Below are positions 9,327 through 20,703 of a stretch of DNA of 64,000 nucleotides, piece after piece. Position 1 is the first letter of the stretch. Each line of letters opens with the position of its first letter. The stretch is from positions 32,001 to 96,000 of the forward strand of contig JBBQSO010000004.1 of the NCBI GenBank assembly GCA_038213805.1, read 5' to 3'. A program made the position numbers and the translations under genes. The notes below the pieces were generated by a model. That model did no database searches and was not told the origin of the DNA. It worked only from the letters and a program-made list of their open reading frames with translations. The DNA comes from Planctomycetota bacterium (GTDB lineage: Bacteria; Planctomycetota; UBA11346).

Positions 9327-12300
9327 ATGCGCGAACTGCGGGATCTCTATCTGGATGATGCGCGCGTGGTGGCGGTGGCGGCAGCGATCGCCGGGGACCG
9401 CGAGTTGGTCATCGGCGCCTGCCATGGCGGTTTGATCCCGGTGCTGATCGCCGCGCTGGCCGGGCGGCCGGGGGCGGGGCGGCTGCCGCTGATAATCAGC
9501 CACGATCCGGGCGCACTGGTCGACGATCTCGAGGAGCTCGGGGTGGTCGCGGCCCACCTGCCGGAGCTGGAGCGCTTCGAGGAGGACGCCGATGCCCTCG
9601 ACCGCAGCGGGCACAACCGCCGCATGGCGGCGCTCGAGGCCTATGCCGCGGGCGCGCTGCTGGTCGCCAGCCCGGTGGCGGTCGAGCAGCCGGTGCCGGA
9701 CATCGGCGAGATCACGCGCTCGAGCATCGTCCTCCATCCCGGTGAGGAGCACGACCTGCACGCGCTGGTCGACCGCCTAGTCGAGGCCGGCTACCGCGTC
9801 GCCACCACCGTCGAGGGTCGCGGGGAACTGGCGGTGCGCGGCGGCCTGATCGACGTCTACCCGTGGATCGGCCAGCACGCGCTGCGCATCGAGTTCTTCG
9901 GCGACCAGGTCGAGGCCATCCGCCGCTTCGACCCCTTCACCCAGGAGTCGATCGCGCGCGCCGAAGAGGCGATCCTGGCCTCGGCGAGCGGCGGCCTGGC
10001 CACGCGTGGGCTGTGGGAGCAGCTGCCGGCCGGGCCGGTGCTGGTGCTCGGCGACCTGCCGCTGCGTGGGCGACTCAAGCGCGACCACGGTCGTCGTGAG
10101 GTGCGCTTCGCGCGCCAGCTTGAGGAGGGCGCGGTCGACGGCGCCTCGCTGACCGTCGAACGCCTGCGCGGCGACCTGCGCCGCGGTTTGACCGAGCTGC
10201 GCCGCATGCTCGCCGAGTTGCGGCCGGCAGGCGCGCCCGCCGGTCTGGCCGACGTCGTGCTGCTCGCGCGCAACGATGAAGCGCGCAAGGAGCTGCTCGC
10301 GCACTGCGCCGACGCCGGGCTGACCGCCGAGGTGCGCGTCGGCCGTCTTGGCGCCGGCTTCCGCGATCTCGAGCGCGGCGTGGTGGTGGTGCATGATTTC
10401 GAGCTCGCCGAGCGCGAGCCGGTCAAGCGCCGTGGCAACAAGGTCGCCGGCGGCGCGCCGCTGTCGTCGCTGACTGACCTCAAGCGCGGCGATCTCGTTG
10501 TCCACCTGCGTCACGGCATCGGCAGGTTCAAGGGCATGGCCACGCTCGAGAAGCGCGGCTTCCTCGAGGATTTCCTGCTCCTTGAGTTCGCCGAGGGTTC
10601 GAAGCTCTACGTGCCGGTCGAGGCCATCGACCTGGTGCAGAAGTACGTCGGCGCCACGGGCCGCGACCCCGAGCTATCGAAGATCGGTGGTGCGATCTGG
10701 GCGAAGAAGCGCGCGCGCGCCGAGAAGGCCATCCAGGACATGTCCGGCGAGCTGCTGCGCGCCCAGGCAGCGCGCATCGCGGCGGGCGGCCTGGCGATGC
10801 CCGACGACGGTCCGGAAGTGCGCCAGTTCGAGGCCGCCTTCCCCTACGAGGAGACCGAGGACCAGCTCGCCGCGGGGCGCGAGATCAAGGCCGACATGGA
10901 AAAAGGCGTGGCCATGGACCGTCTGCTGTGCGGCGACGTCGGCTTCGGCAAAACCGAGGTGGCGATGCGCGCCGCCTTCAAGGCCTGCACCGGCGGCTAC
11001 CAGGTGGCGGTGCTGGTGCCGACCACGCTGCTCGCCGAGCAGCACGTCGAGACCTTCACCGAGCGCTTCGCGGGCTCGCCGTTCACCATCGCCGGCATGA
11101 ACCGCTTTCACGCTGCCGACGACCGCCGCAAAGTCCTGGAGGGGGTCGCCGCGGGCGAGGTCGACGTGCTCATCGGTACGCACGCGATCCTGACCGACAA
11201 GCTGCGCTTCGCCAACCTCGGCCTGCTCGTCATCGACGAGGAGCACCGCTTCGGGGTCAAGCAGAAGGAGAAGCTGCGCCTGCTCGCGGGCGGACGTGGG
11301 CTGGCCTTCGATCCGCCGCGATCCCGCAAGGCGGCGGCCGCGCCAGATGGTGATCCCGACGCGGAGGAACCGGAGCCTGCGCAGGAGCCGGTGGCGGCGG
11401 CGCCAGTGGTGCCCGCCGCGCCCGCGCCGCGGCCGTCGACCCCACCCGACGTGCTGACCCTCAGCGCCACGCCGATCCCGCGCACCCTGCACTTCTCGCT
11501 GCTCGGGCTGCGCGACATCTCGGTGCTGGCCGAGGCGCCCGCCGAGCGCATGGCGGTCGAGACCCGCGTCGCGCCCTGGGACGAGGCGCTGATCCGCCAC
11601 GCCTGCGAGCGCGAGCTGGAGCGCAAAGGTCAGATCTTCGTGGTGCACAACCGCGTCACCGACCTGGACCACATCGCCTACACGCTGTCGCGCCTGCTGC
11701 CGGGCATGCGCCTGGACACCATCCACGGGCAGATGGAGGAGGGGCGCATCGCGCGCGTCATGGACGCCTTCCACCGCCGCGACCTCGATTGCCTGGTCAC
11801 CACCTCGATCATCGAGTCGGGCATCGACATCCCCAACGCCAACACCCTGTTCGTCAACAACGCGCATTGCTTCGGCCTGGCTGAGCTGCACCAGATCCGC
11901 GGGCGCATCGGGCGCTTCACCCGCCAGGCCTACGCCTACTTCCTGACCCCCCGCAACCGCGAACTGACCGAGGAGGCGCGCGAGCGCCTCAACGCCATCC
12001 AGGAATACGCCGAGCTCGGCGCGGGCTTCAAGCTGGCGATGCGCGACCTCGAGCTGCGCGGTGCCGGCAACCTGCTCGGTGCTGAGCAGTCCGGGCAGAT
12101 CGATGCGATCGGTTACGAACTCTACACGCGCCTGCTCGGCGAGGCGGTCACGCGCGCGCGTGTCGGCGCGCAGAGTGCGGCCAAGACCGGCCAGGGCGGC
12201 GCGCTGCAGGTCGAGGTCCGTGGCGCGGCCACGCGTGCAGAGCCGGCCACGGATTCGCTGGTCGGCATCAAGGTCGACGCCTACATCCCGGACACCTACC

Positions 12301-12695
12301 TCGAGACCCCGGCACTGAAATTCGAGATCCACAAGCAGCTCGACGGCTGCCGGCGCCTCAGCGACCTGGCCGCGATCGCGCGCAGCGTGCGCGATCGCTT
12401 CGGCGCGCTGGTCGACCCGGTGGTGCGGCTCTTCCAGATGCGCGCCATCCGCCTGCGCTGCGCCGAGCTCGGCATCCAGCGCATCGACGTCCAGGACCGC
12501 CAGGTGCGGCTGCACCTCGCCGGAGCCATCCCCGCCGAACTTGCCGCGGTCAAGCTGCCTGAGCTGGTGCACATCCAGCTCGATGGCGCGGTGCTGGTGC
12601 TGTTCGTGCGTGCAGCACTGGCGGGCGATGGGGCGCTGGCGTTCCTGTGCCGGCTGCTCGGCTTGGATCTGGGGTTCCTGGGGCGGGGATTCTGA
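9327..12695 (+). CDS. mfd: Transcription-repair coupling factor
   Basis: UvrB-homology region (VRGGLIDVYP), CarD-like VVHLRHGIG, GDVGFGKT, DEEHRFG, SATPIPRTL, DLELRGAGNLLG, TRCF C-terminus. Confidence 0.96.
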   Translation: MRELRDLYLDDARVVAVAAAIAGDRELVIGACHGGLIPVLIAALAGRPGAGRLPLIISHDPGALVDDLEELGVVAAHLPELERFEEDADALDRSGHNRRMAALEAYAAGALLVASPVAVEQPVPDIGEITRSSIVLHPGEEHDLHALVDRLVEAGYRVATTVEGRGELAVRGGLIDVYPWIGQHALRIEFFGDQVEAIRRFDPFTQESIARAEEAILASASGGLATRGLWEQLPAGPVLVLGDLPLRGRLKRDHGRREVRFARQLEEGAVDGASLTVERLRGDLRRGLTELRRMLAELRPAGAPAGLADVVLLARNDEARKELLAHCADAGLTAEVRVGRLGAGFRDLERGVVVVHDFELAEREPVKRRGNKVAGGAPLSSLTDLKRGDLVVHLRHGIGRFKGMATLEKRGFLEDFLLLEFAEGSKLYVPVEAIDLVQKYVGATGRDPELSKIGGAIWAKKRARAEKAIQDMSGELLRAQAARIAAGGLAMPDDGPEVRQFEAAFPYEETEDQLAAGREIKADMEKGVAMDRLLCGDVGFGKTEVAMRAAFKACTGGYQVAVLVPTTLLAEQHVETFTERFAGSPFTIAGMNRFHAADDRRKVLEGVAAGEVDVLIGTHAILTDKLRFANLGLLVIDEEHRFGVKQKEKLRLLAGGRGLAFDPPRSRKAAAAPDGDPDAEEPEPAQEPVAAAPVVPAAPAPRPSTPPDVLTLSATPIPRTLHFSLLGLRDISVLAEAPAERMAVETRVAPWDEALIRHACERELERKGQIFVVHNRVTDLDHIAYTLSRLLPGMRLDTIHGQMEEGRIARVMDAFHRRDLDCLVTTSIIESGIDIPNANTLFVNNAHCFGLAELHQIRGRIGRFTRQAYAYFLTPRNRELTEEARERLNAIQEYAELGAGFKLAMRDLELRGAGNLLGAEQSGQIDAIGYELYTRLLGEAVTRARVGAQSAAKTGQGGALQVEVRGAATRAEPATDSLVGIKVDAYIPDTYLETPALKFEIHKQLDGCRRLSDLAAIARSVRDRFGALVDPVVRLFQMRAIRLRCAELGIQRIDVQDRQVRLHLAGAIPAELAAVKLPELVHIQLDGAVLVLFVRAALAGDGALAFLCRLLGLDLGFLGRGF

Positions 12696-12964
12696 AGCGT
12701 CAGCCACGAGGCACGAGCCTCACCCGCGGTGGGTGTTCCGCGCGCTGCGTCGCATGCCGCCGTGGGGGTCAGGCGCTGCGTCGCGATTACGTTGGCAGGC
12801 GGATCGGAAAGCGCACATCCCTGCGCGTCAGCGCAGCGCCAAAGGGCCACTAGAGGACGCCTTGCGCGCCGGCTTGCGAGAGGAAAACACCCAGGTTTGA
12901 CGGTTTCAGAGAGTTACACCGGAAGACGCTTGCCAGGGGTCGCGTCCTGGAAGTATCTCACTCC

Positions 12965-14740
12965 ATGGCCCTCCGGCATGTCTTGTTCGCTCTGGCGCTC
13001 GCCGTGCTTCCCGCGGCCATGAGCGCGATGGACGCTCCCACTGGGGTGCTGGCCATCCCCGCGGGCGACCAGGATGAAGTGCCGTGCGGCGGGGCCGCGG
13101 TGGTGGTCGAGATGCCGGGGCTGGGTCGGATGATCCTGACCCTGGAGGAGGCCCTGCCCGGCGCCGGGCGCGGCGAGAAGGGGGCCGCGAGGCTGTCCTC
13201 GCACATCGATCTGGTGCTGCCTGGCGGACGGCGCGGCAGCGCCACCATCGTCCGTCGCGGCGCGGCCACCGGGGCGCTGCTCCTCCACCCCGACGTGATG
13301 CTCGACGACAGCGTGACCAAGCCGCTGGAGCTGGCCGACAGCGCCCAGGTGCATATCGGCGACACGGTGTGGACAGCCGGCAACGCCTTCGGAGCACTTG
13401 AGCAGGATGGCGCGGCGGCGATCAGCAGGGGCGTGATCAGCGGCCTGTACGCCATCCCCTCGGGTAGTCCGCCGGTGCGTGGTCGCGGTGGCCGCATCCT
13501 CAGCAGCTATCGTGGCGCGGTCATCGAGATCGATGCCGCGGTCAACGATGGCAACCACGGCGGCGCCCTGCTCGACGGTGCAGGCCGCCTGATCGGCCTG
13601 GTCAGCCTGGGCACGGCGCGCGAGCGCCGTCTCGGTACCGCGGTGCCCATCCATGTGGTGATGAAGGACCTCGAATGCGCCCCGACGCTGGCCGAGCCGG
13701 CCGCTGAGCGCGACCCGCTGGAGCGTTCCCTGGTGCGTGCGGCGGCCGCGGTCGCGCCCGCCATCGCCCTGGTCTACATCGAACGCCCAGCGGGCCTGGG
13801 CAATCCGGAGGCCATGCCGCGCCCGACGCGCCTGGTGGATGAGGTGCCGGCCTATGATCGCGAGCGGCTGCAGAACTGGTGGTCGGGCTACTACCACCAG
13901 CAGCAGATGTTCTACACCGATCAGCCGATCAGCGCCCTGGTCATCGACGCCCAGTCCGGTCTGCTGCTGACCGCGGCCAGCAACCTCCACGGCGAAGCCG
14001 AGGTCGGGTCGGTGCTGGTGCCCGGCAAGGCGGCCATCCCCTGCAAGGTGCTGGCCCGCCACCTGCCGCTCGACCTCGCCCTGCTCAAGGCCGACCAGCC
14101 CCTACCATTCCCGGCCCTGGCCCTGGCCACGGACCCGCACCTGGCGCTGGGCGAGCCGATCGCGGTCGCGGCGCGCCACATCGTCGACGGCGGGCACACC
14201 ATGACCGTGGGCGTGGTCTCGGCGACCGGGCGGCGCCGCACGCGCAATGACTTCGCCTTCACCCAGACCGACGCGCACGTCAACTACGGCAGCCTCGGCG
14301 GCGCCGTGGTCGACGCCCAGGGCGCGGTGGTGGGCATGGTGGTGATGCTTGGTCCGGACGACGGCAACTGGCCGTGGATGATCAATTCGGGGGTCGGACT
14401 GTTCGCCGACAGCGCCAGCATCGCGCGCGTCCTGCCCGAGATGATCGCCGGCCGGACCACCGGCAGCGCGCCGCCCATCGGGCTCGGCGTGCTGCTCAAG
14501 CGCGGGCTCGCCAAGGACGGGATGGAGGTCGAGTCGGTCACTCCGGGCAGCGGCGCGGATAAGGGCGGGGTCAAGCCCGGCGACATCATCACCGCGCTGG
14601 ATGGCCTGCCCACGCGCGATATCGGCGCCATCGGTCGCGGCGTGATGAAGCACCGCACGGGCGAGCGCGTCGCGCTCAACGTGCGCCGTGGCGGTGAGAC
14701 GGTCGCACTGAGCGTCGTAATCGGGGCCCTCGCCAAATGA
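12965..14740 (+). CDS. Secreted HtrA-like protein with two catalytically degenerate trypsin domains and a PDZ domain
   Basis: Signal-peptide-like start; VNDGNHGGAL and VNYGSLGGAV in place of NPGNSGG; C-terminal PDZ (GVKPGDIITALDG). Confidence 0.8.
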   Translation: MALRHVLFALALAVLPAAMSAMDAPTGVLAIPAGDQDEVPCGGAAVVVEMPGLGRMILTLEEALPGAGRGEKGAARLSSHIDLVLPGGRRGSATIVRRGAATGALLLHPDVMLDDSVTKPLELADSAQVHIGDTVWTAGNAFGALEQDGAAAISRGVISGLYAIPSGSPPVRGRGGRILSSYRGAVIEIDAAVNDGNHGGALLDGAGRLIGLVSLGTARERRLGTAVPIHVVMKDLECAPTLAEPAAERDPLERSLVRAAAAVAPAIALVYIERPAGLGNPEAMPRPTRLVDEVPAYDRERLQNWWSGYYHQQQMFYTDQPISALVIDAQSGLLLTAASNLHGEAEVGSVLVPGKAAIPCKVLARHLPLDLALLKADQPLPFPALALATDPHLALGEPIAVAARHIVDGGHTMTVGVVSATGRRRTRNDFAFTQTDAHVNYGSLGGAVVDAQGAVVGMVVMLGPDDGNWPWMINSGVGLFADSASIARVLPEMIAGRTTGSAPPIGLGVLLKRGLAKDGMEVESVTPGSGADKGGVKPGDIITALDGLPTRDIGAIGRGVMKHRTGERVALNVRRGGETVALSVVIGALAK

Positions 14741-15966
14741 ACCTCCGCCCACTCCCCTGCGGCCGCTTTCTGCTCGCGCTGGCCCTGCTCGCGCCGCTTG
14801 CCAGCGCACCCGCCCTGGCCGCAGCCGACCGCGACCTGCCCGTCGCCGCCAGCCGCTCCACCCTGGATGCCCTGGCCGGCCGCCTGCTGCCCGCCTACGT
14901 CTTCATCGGCGGCGGCAGCGGGGTGGTGATTTCGGCGGACGGTCTGGTCCTGACCAACCATCACGTCATCGATGGAGAGGATGACCTGTCGATCCGTTTC
15001 GCGAACGGCGCGGTGCGCCCCTCGCACCTGCTCGGCACCGATCCGGTCGGCGACATCGCCCTGCTGCGCATCGACGATGCGCACGATCTGCCGCACGTCG
15101 ACCTGGCGCCCGCGAGCGCGCTGCGCGTCGGCGCGGAGGTGGTGGCGATCGGCAATCCCTTCGGCCTCGGCAACCTCGACGACGTGCCCACCCTGACCCA
15201 GGGCGTGCTCAGCACCGGGCGTATGGTGCGCGGTGACTACACCGACGCGGTGCAGGGCGACGCCCCGGTGAATCCCGGAAATTCCGGCGGTCCGCTGTTC
15301 GACATGTATGGCCGCCTGCTCGGCATCAACGGCCAGATCCGCACGGTCTCGGGCTTCCGCATCAACAGCGGCATCGGCCTGGCCATCGCCAGCACCCAGC
15401 TCGCCGCCTTCGTCCCGTTGTTGCAGCAGGCCCAGGGCGGGCTGGTCCACCACACCGCCGCGCCCAAGGATCTCGAACTGGCGGCGCGCATGGAGGGCGT
15501 GGTGGTCGAGAATGCCGGCAGCTCGTCGCTGATGGCCGGCGACCGCCTGCTGCTCATCGCCGGCCGGCCGGCGGTCTCGGTGGCGACCGCGCTCGGCCTG
15601 TTCGCCTCGCTACCCTGGGTGCCCGGCAGCGCCATACCGGTGCGCGTGCTGCGCTCCGGCGAGGAGGTCACCCTCAGCATCTCGCCAGCGCGCCAGGTCA
15701 TCCCGGGCCGCCCCTATCATGGCCTGTCCATCACCGACAGTGACGGCCGCATCGTGATCGAGACCGTCGACGACGACAGCCCTGGCGCGCAGGCCGGCGT
15801 GCGCATCGGCGAGACCGTGGTGAGCGCCAACGGCCGCCCGGTGCTGCGCAAGATCGATTGGTTGAAGGCGGTGGTGAAGCTCGAGGTCGGCGACGCCCTC
15901 GACCTGGAACTGCGCGCCAAGGATGGCGCCATGCGCACCGTGCACATTCCGCTGCGCCGGCAGTAG
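14737..15966 (+). CDS. HtrA/DegP-like serine protease with PDZ domain(s)
   Basis: Intact triad TNHHV, GDIALL, VNPGNSGGPL; signal peptide; ATGA overlap with upstream gene. Confidence 0.9.
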   Translation: MNLRPLPCGRFLLALALLAPLASAPALAAADRDLPVAASRSTLDALAGRLLPAYVFIGGGSGVVISADGLVLTNHHVIDGEDDLSIRFANGAVRPSHLLGTDPVGDIALLRIDDAHDLPHVDLAPASALRVGAEVVAIGNPFGLGNLDDVPTLTQGVLSTGRMVRGDYTDAVQGDAPVNPGNSGGPLFDMYGRLLGINGQIRTVSGFRINSGIGLAIASTQLAAFVPLLQQAQGGLVHHTAAPKDLELAARMEGVVVENAGSSSLMAGDRLLLIAGRPAVSVATALGLFASLPWVPGSAIPVRVLRSGEEVTLSISPARQVIPGRPYHGLSITDSDGRIVIETVDDDSPGAQAGVRIGETVVSANGRPVLRKIDWLKAVVKLEVGDALDLELRAKDGAMRTVHIPLRRQ

Positions 15967-15968
15967 CC

Positions 15969-16586
15969 GTGGGCGGGTCGGTTGCGTCACCCCCAGACGG
16001 TGTCATCGCGATCCTCGCTGGTGGAGGCTCACGGCGCATGGGCCGCGACAAGGCACTGCTCGAGCTGTCCGGTGAGACTCTGCTCCAGCGCACGGCGGCG
16101 CTCGCCCTTGGCACCGGACTGCCGGTGCTGGTGGTGGGCCGCGCGGCGCCGCCGGGCTGGGCCTTGCCGCAGGTCGACTTTGTATCCGATGACCCGCCCG
16201 GGCAGGGACCGCTCGGCGGTCTGGCCGCTGCGCTCACCCGCCATGCGCCGGTGGTCGTCATGGCGTGCGACATGCCCTTGCTCGAGGCGCGCGCGCTGAC
16301 CTGGCTCATCGACGAGGTGCGCAGCCTGCGGGTCGCGGATGCGCTCGGTGCCGGCTTGGCCGTGCGCCATGTCGGTGGGCTCGAGCCGCTCTTCGCGTGC
16401 TATGCGGGCGCCTGTCTGCCCCTCGCCCGTGCGCATCTGGCGGATGGTCGCCGCGCCATGCACGCGCTCATCGAGGAGGCTGGAATCACGGTGCGGGACG
16501 CGCCTGCATGGCTGGTGCCGATGCTGGCCAATGTGAATAGGCCGGAGGAATGGGCGAGGCTGGGTCAGGCAGGGGCGGAGAGTTAG
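15969..16586 (+). CDS. mobA: Molybdenum cofactor guanylyltransferase
   Basis: ILAGGGSRRMGRDKA, GPLGGL, ACDMP, EPL, NVN; GTG start inferred. Confidence 0.88.
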   Translation: MGGSVASPPDGVIAILAGGGSRRMGRDKALLELSGETLLQRTAALALGTGLPVLVVGRAAPPGWALPQVDFVSDDPPGQGPLGGLAAALTRHAPVVVMACDMPLLEARALTWLIDEVRSLRVADALGAGLAVRHVGGLEPLFACYAGACLPLARAHLADGRRAMHALIEEAGITVRDAPAWLVPMLANVNRPEEWARLGQAGAES

Positions 16587-16623
16587 GAGCGCAACACCTC
16601 CGGTGCCTACCGCCTCACTTCTG

Positions 16624-16660
16624 AAAACGACAGCACCGCGAGGCTTTCGCCCCGCGGTGC
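16624..16660 (-). terminator. Terminator hairpin between convergent mobA and groES
   Basis: GCACCGCGAGGC-TTTC-GCCCCGCGGTGC, with a T tract a few nt downstream on the minus strand. Confidence 0.65.
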
Positions 16661-16685
16661 GCTTGGTCGATCGGTTCGTTGAGGC

Positions 16686-16982
16686 TTATTCGATGACGGC
16701 GAGGACTTCGGACTCTTCGATGACGAGCAGGTCGTCACCGTTGATCTTCACCTCGTTGCCCGCGTAGCTGCTGAACAGCACGCGGTCGCCGGCCTTGAGC
16801 TGCATGGTCTGCCGCTTGCCGTCCTCGAGGACCTTGCCGTTGCCGACGGCGATGACCTTGCCCTCCTTGGGCTTGTCCTTGGCCTTCTCGGGCAGGACGA
16901 TGCCGCCCTTGGAGATGTCCGCGGCGCTGGAGCGCTGGACGATGACGTTCGAGCCAATCGGTTTGATGTCGGTCTTGGGCAT
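16686..16982 (-). CDS. groES: Co-chaperonin GroES
   Basis: IKPIGSNVIV, GGIVLPEKAKDKP, AVGNG, GDRVLFSSYAG. Confidence 0.96.
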   Translation of the reverse strand: MPKTDIKPIGSNVIVQRSSAADISKGGIVLPEKAKDKPKEGKVIAVGNGKVLEDGKRQTMQLKAGDRVLFSSYAGNEVKINGDDLLVIEESEVLAVIE

Positions 16983-17085
16983 ATGAGGTACCTCGGTTCT
17001 TTCAGGTTGGGGGCTGCCGGGATGGCGGCCCGTCGGAAAATGGGGGATGTGGCTGAGGCGGGCCAGGAGACGGCGAGCGCAACGA

Positions 17086-17119
17086 CGACGCGGCTGGTCC
17101 TGGTGGACCAGCCGCGTCG
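17086..17119. other. Perfect 15-bp stem-loop between dnaK and groES (mRNA stabiliser or attenuator)
   Basis: CGACGCGGCTGGTCC-TGGT-GGACCAGCCGCGTCG, no clear U tract. Confidence 0.6.
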
Positions 17120-17127
17120 CGCGGCGC

Positions 17128-19056
<1,929 letters not shown>

Positions 19057-19108
19057 GCGATGATCCTTTGCTGAAAGTGCGATATTGGAGGGGTTGTTGA
19101 AAGAGTGG

Positions 19109-19486
19109 TCAGAGTTCGAGGAGGCGATGGACCAGACCGGTGATGCGCGTGATCTCGACCGGCTTCGACAGCAGGTCGATGGCGCCCGCCGCGCGCGCCG
19201 CGCGCCCGAGTTCGGCATCGGCGCGCGCGCTCATCAGGATCACCGGCAGGTGGCTGCCCGCCCGCGGGGTCTGATGGCTGATCCAGGACAGCAGCGCGAA
19301 CCCGGTCATGTCCGGCATATCCACATCCGAAAGCAGGAGGTCGCAGCGCATCTGGCGCAGCACCTCCATCGCATCGCCGCCGTTGCCGGCGGTGCGGGTC
19401 GTGCAGCCGAGGTCGTTGAAGACCTCGCTGAGCGATTCGCGCAGCCGGCGATCGTCGTCGGCGATCAGGATGGTGGGATGGAGCAT
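19109..19486 (-). CDS. Single-domain response regulator (receiver)
   Basis: [25 protein letters not shown]. Confidence 0.9.
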   Translation of the reverse strand: MLHPTILIADDDRRLRESLSEVFNDLGCTTRTAGNGGDAMEVLRQMRCDLLLSDVDMPDMTGFALLSWISHQTPRAGSHLPVILMSARADAELGRAARAAGAIDLLSKPVEITRITGLVHRLLEL

Positions 19487-19538
19487 GGCGGGTTTTGCGG
19501 AGGCCGGTGCCGGTTGCTACGGCCTCTGGCGGCTCCAT

Positions 19539-19555
19539 AGCGAGCACCATGCCAA
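19539..19555 (-). promoter_or_regulatory. Putative sigma54 (-24/-12) promoter for the receiver-dnaK-groES unit
   Basis: Minus strand TTGGCATGGTGCTCGCT: GG-N10-GC spacing, close to TGGCACG-N4-TTGCW, about 50 nt upstream of the ATG. Confidence 0.55.
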
Positions 19556-19761
19556 TGGCGATTTCCGCTCTTTGACCTAACCTGCGCCCACGCAAGGACA
19601 TGGATGATGGGTTATGGTGCGCCACCAGCCCGTTCGGCGCATGTCATCGTGTCCGTCCGCCGGTGTCCCGGTCAAAATGACCCGGGCGGCATGCGGCGCA
19701 TGCGCGCGGCGGGTAACGCGAGGAGCCCGGGAGGATGCGGGGTCTCCGCGTGGTCTGCTCC

Positions 19762-19802
19762 AAAAAAAAGAGGCTTGGATCCTTGCCGGGATCCAAGCCT
19801 CT
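19762..19802 (-). terminator. Intrinsic terminator after tRNA-Val
   Basis: AGAGGCTTGGATCC...GGATCCAAGCCTCT stem followed by a T tract on the minus strand. Confidence 0.88.
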
Positions 19803-19805
19803 GTC

Positions 19806-19881
19806 TGGTGGGCAGTACAGGATTTGAACCTGTGACCCCTCGCGTGTGAAGCGAATGCTCTAGCCACTGAGCTAACCGCCC
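19806..19881 (-). tRNA. tRNA-Val(CAC)
   Basis: GGGCGGTTAGCTCAGTGGCTAGAGCA-TTCGC-TTCACAC-GCGAG...GGTTCAAATCC...ACTGCCC-ACCA; 76 nt, encoded CCA. Confidence 0.96.
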
Positions 19882-19977
19882 GAACCGGTCGGACGGGGAT
19901 CATGCGCCCTCGCTCCGATCTGCAAGGGCTGCACGGCGGCGCCTGGACTGCAGGCGGCTGGGTGCGGCGGCCTCTGC

Positions 19978-20403
19978 TCAGGCCGCGTGCAAGGGCGGCG
20001 ACGACCAGGTGCGGTGGGCGGCACCGGCGGCGCGGAAGATGTCGACGATGGTCTCGACTTCGTAGCCGTTGGCGGTTTGCACGCTGATCAGCACGCGGTT
20101 GTCGCTGCGGTTGCGACTCAGGCGGGCGCAGGCGAGGAGCGCGCCGAGCAGCCCGCCGCACAGCATGTCGAGCAGCGGGCTGCCGAGGCATGGTACGGCC
20201 AATGGCGACCACGCGGCCAGGCCGGCGAGCGCGGCGCCGACGCCGACGCCGATCACCAGGTCATGACGCAGACGCGCGAGTGGGTTGCTGCCGGGATTCA
20301 CGATGGCGATCTCTTCGGCGGTAAAGCCGGCCTGACGCAGGTCGTGAATAATGGCGGTGGCCTGTGCGGAAGCAGGGGCGACGCAAACGGCGGTGTGGCT
20401 CAT
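19978..20403 (-). CDS. Small membrane protein, possibly general-stress (YflT/17M-like) family
   Basis: N-terminal A..II..L.QAGF..EEIAIV pattern, two Gly-rich hydrophobic helices. Confidence 0.55.
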   Translation of the reverse strand: MSHTAVCVAPASAQATAIIHDLRQAGFTAEEIAIVNPGSNPLARLRHDLVIGVGVGAALAGLAAWSPLAVPCLGSPLLDMLCGGLLGALLACARLSRNRSDNRVLISVQTANGYEVETIVDIFRAAGAAHRTWSSPPLHAA

Positions 20404-20591
20404 GATTCCCTGTAGCCGGTGGGTCGACGAGGCAGCAGCCGTCGCCGGTATCGTGGCCGGGTGCTTAAGGTCTGGACGCGACGCGCTGTTCAGGCGCGCG
20501 CAGCGAGAGGTTCGACGCAGCAGAGGCGGCAGTGTCCTACGCGCGTGCCACGGAAGAGGGCGCCTGGCGCTGTAATAGTATGCAAATGGTT

Positions 20592-20627
20592 AAAAATAAA
20601 CGACCTGCGACGGTATCGCAGGTCGTT
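20592..20627 (-). terminator. Hairpin/terminator downstream of the MerR-family gene
   Basis: AACGACCTGCGA-CGGTA-TCGCAGGTCGTT, followed by TATTTTT on the minus strand. Confidence 0.6.
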
Positions 20628-20703
20628 CAGCGGTTCGGGTCTAGGCCGACCCGCGGTATACTCCGAGCCAGCCCGCACCCAGAGGCGATGCGGGCAGGCG
20701 GAC

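Noticed and set aside
8852..9435. ORFs with SAISHQP/SAISYQP peptide repeats
   Set aside because: Simple translations of the heptamer arrays, overlapping pfk or mfd
19057..19108. CIRCE element before dnaK
   Set aside because: No TTAGCACTC-N9-GAGTGCTAA inverted repeat found here or before groES
19806..19881. tRNA-Val as an island integration site
   Set aside because: No integrase and no duplicated tRNA 3' end seen; its 3' side leads to a terminator and core chaperone genes
20535..20550. Second sigma54-like site TGGCACGCGCGTAGGA on the minus strand
   Set aside because: Perfect -24 half but GG instead of GC at -12; too weak to call
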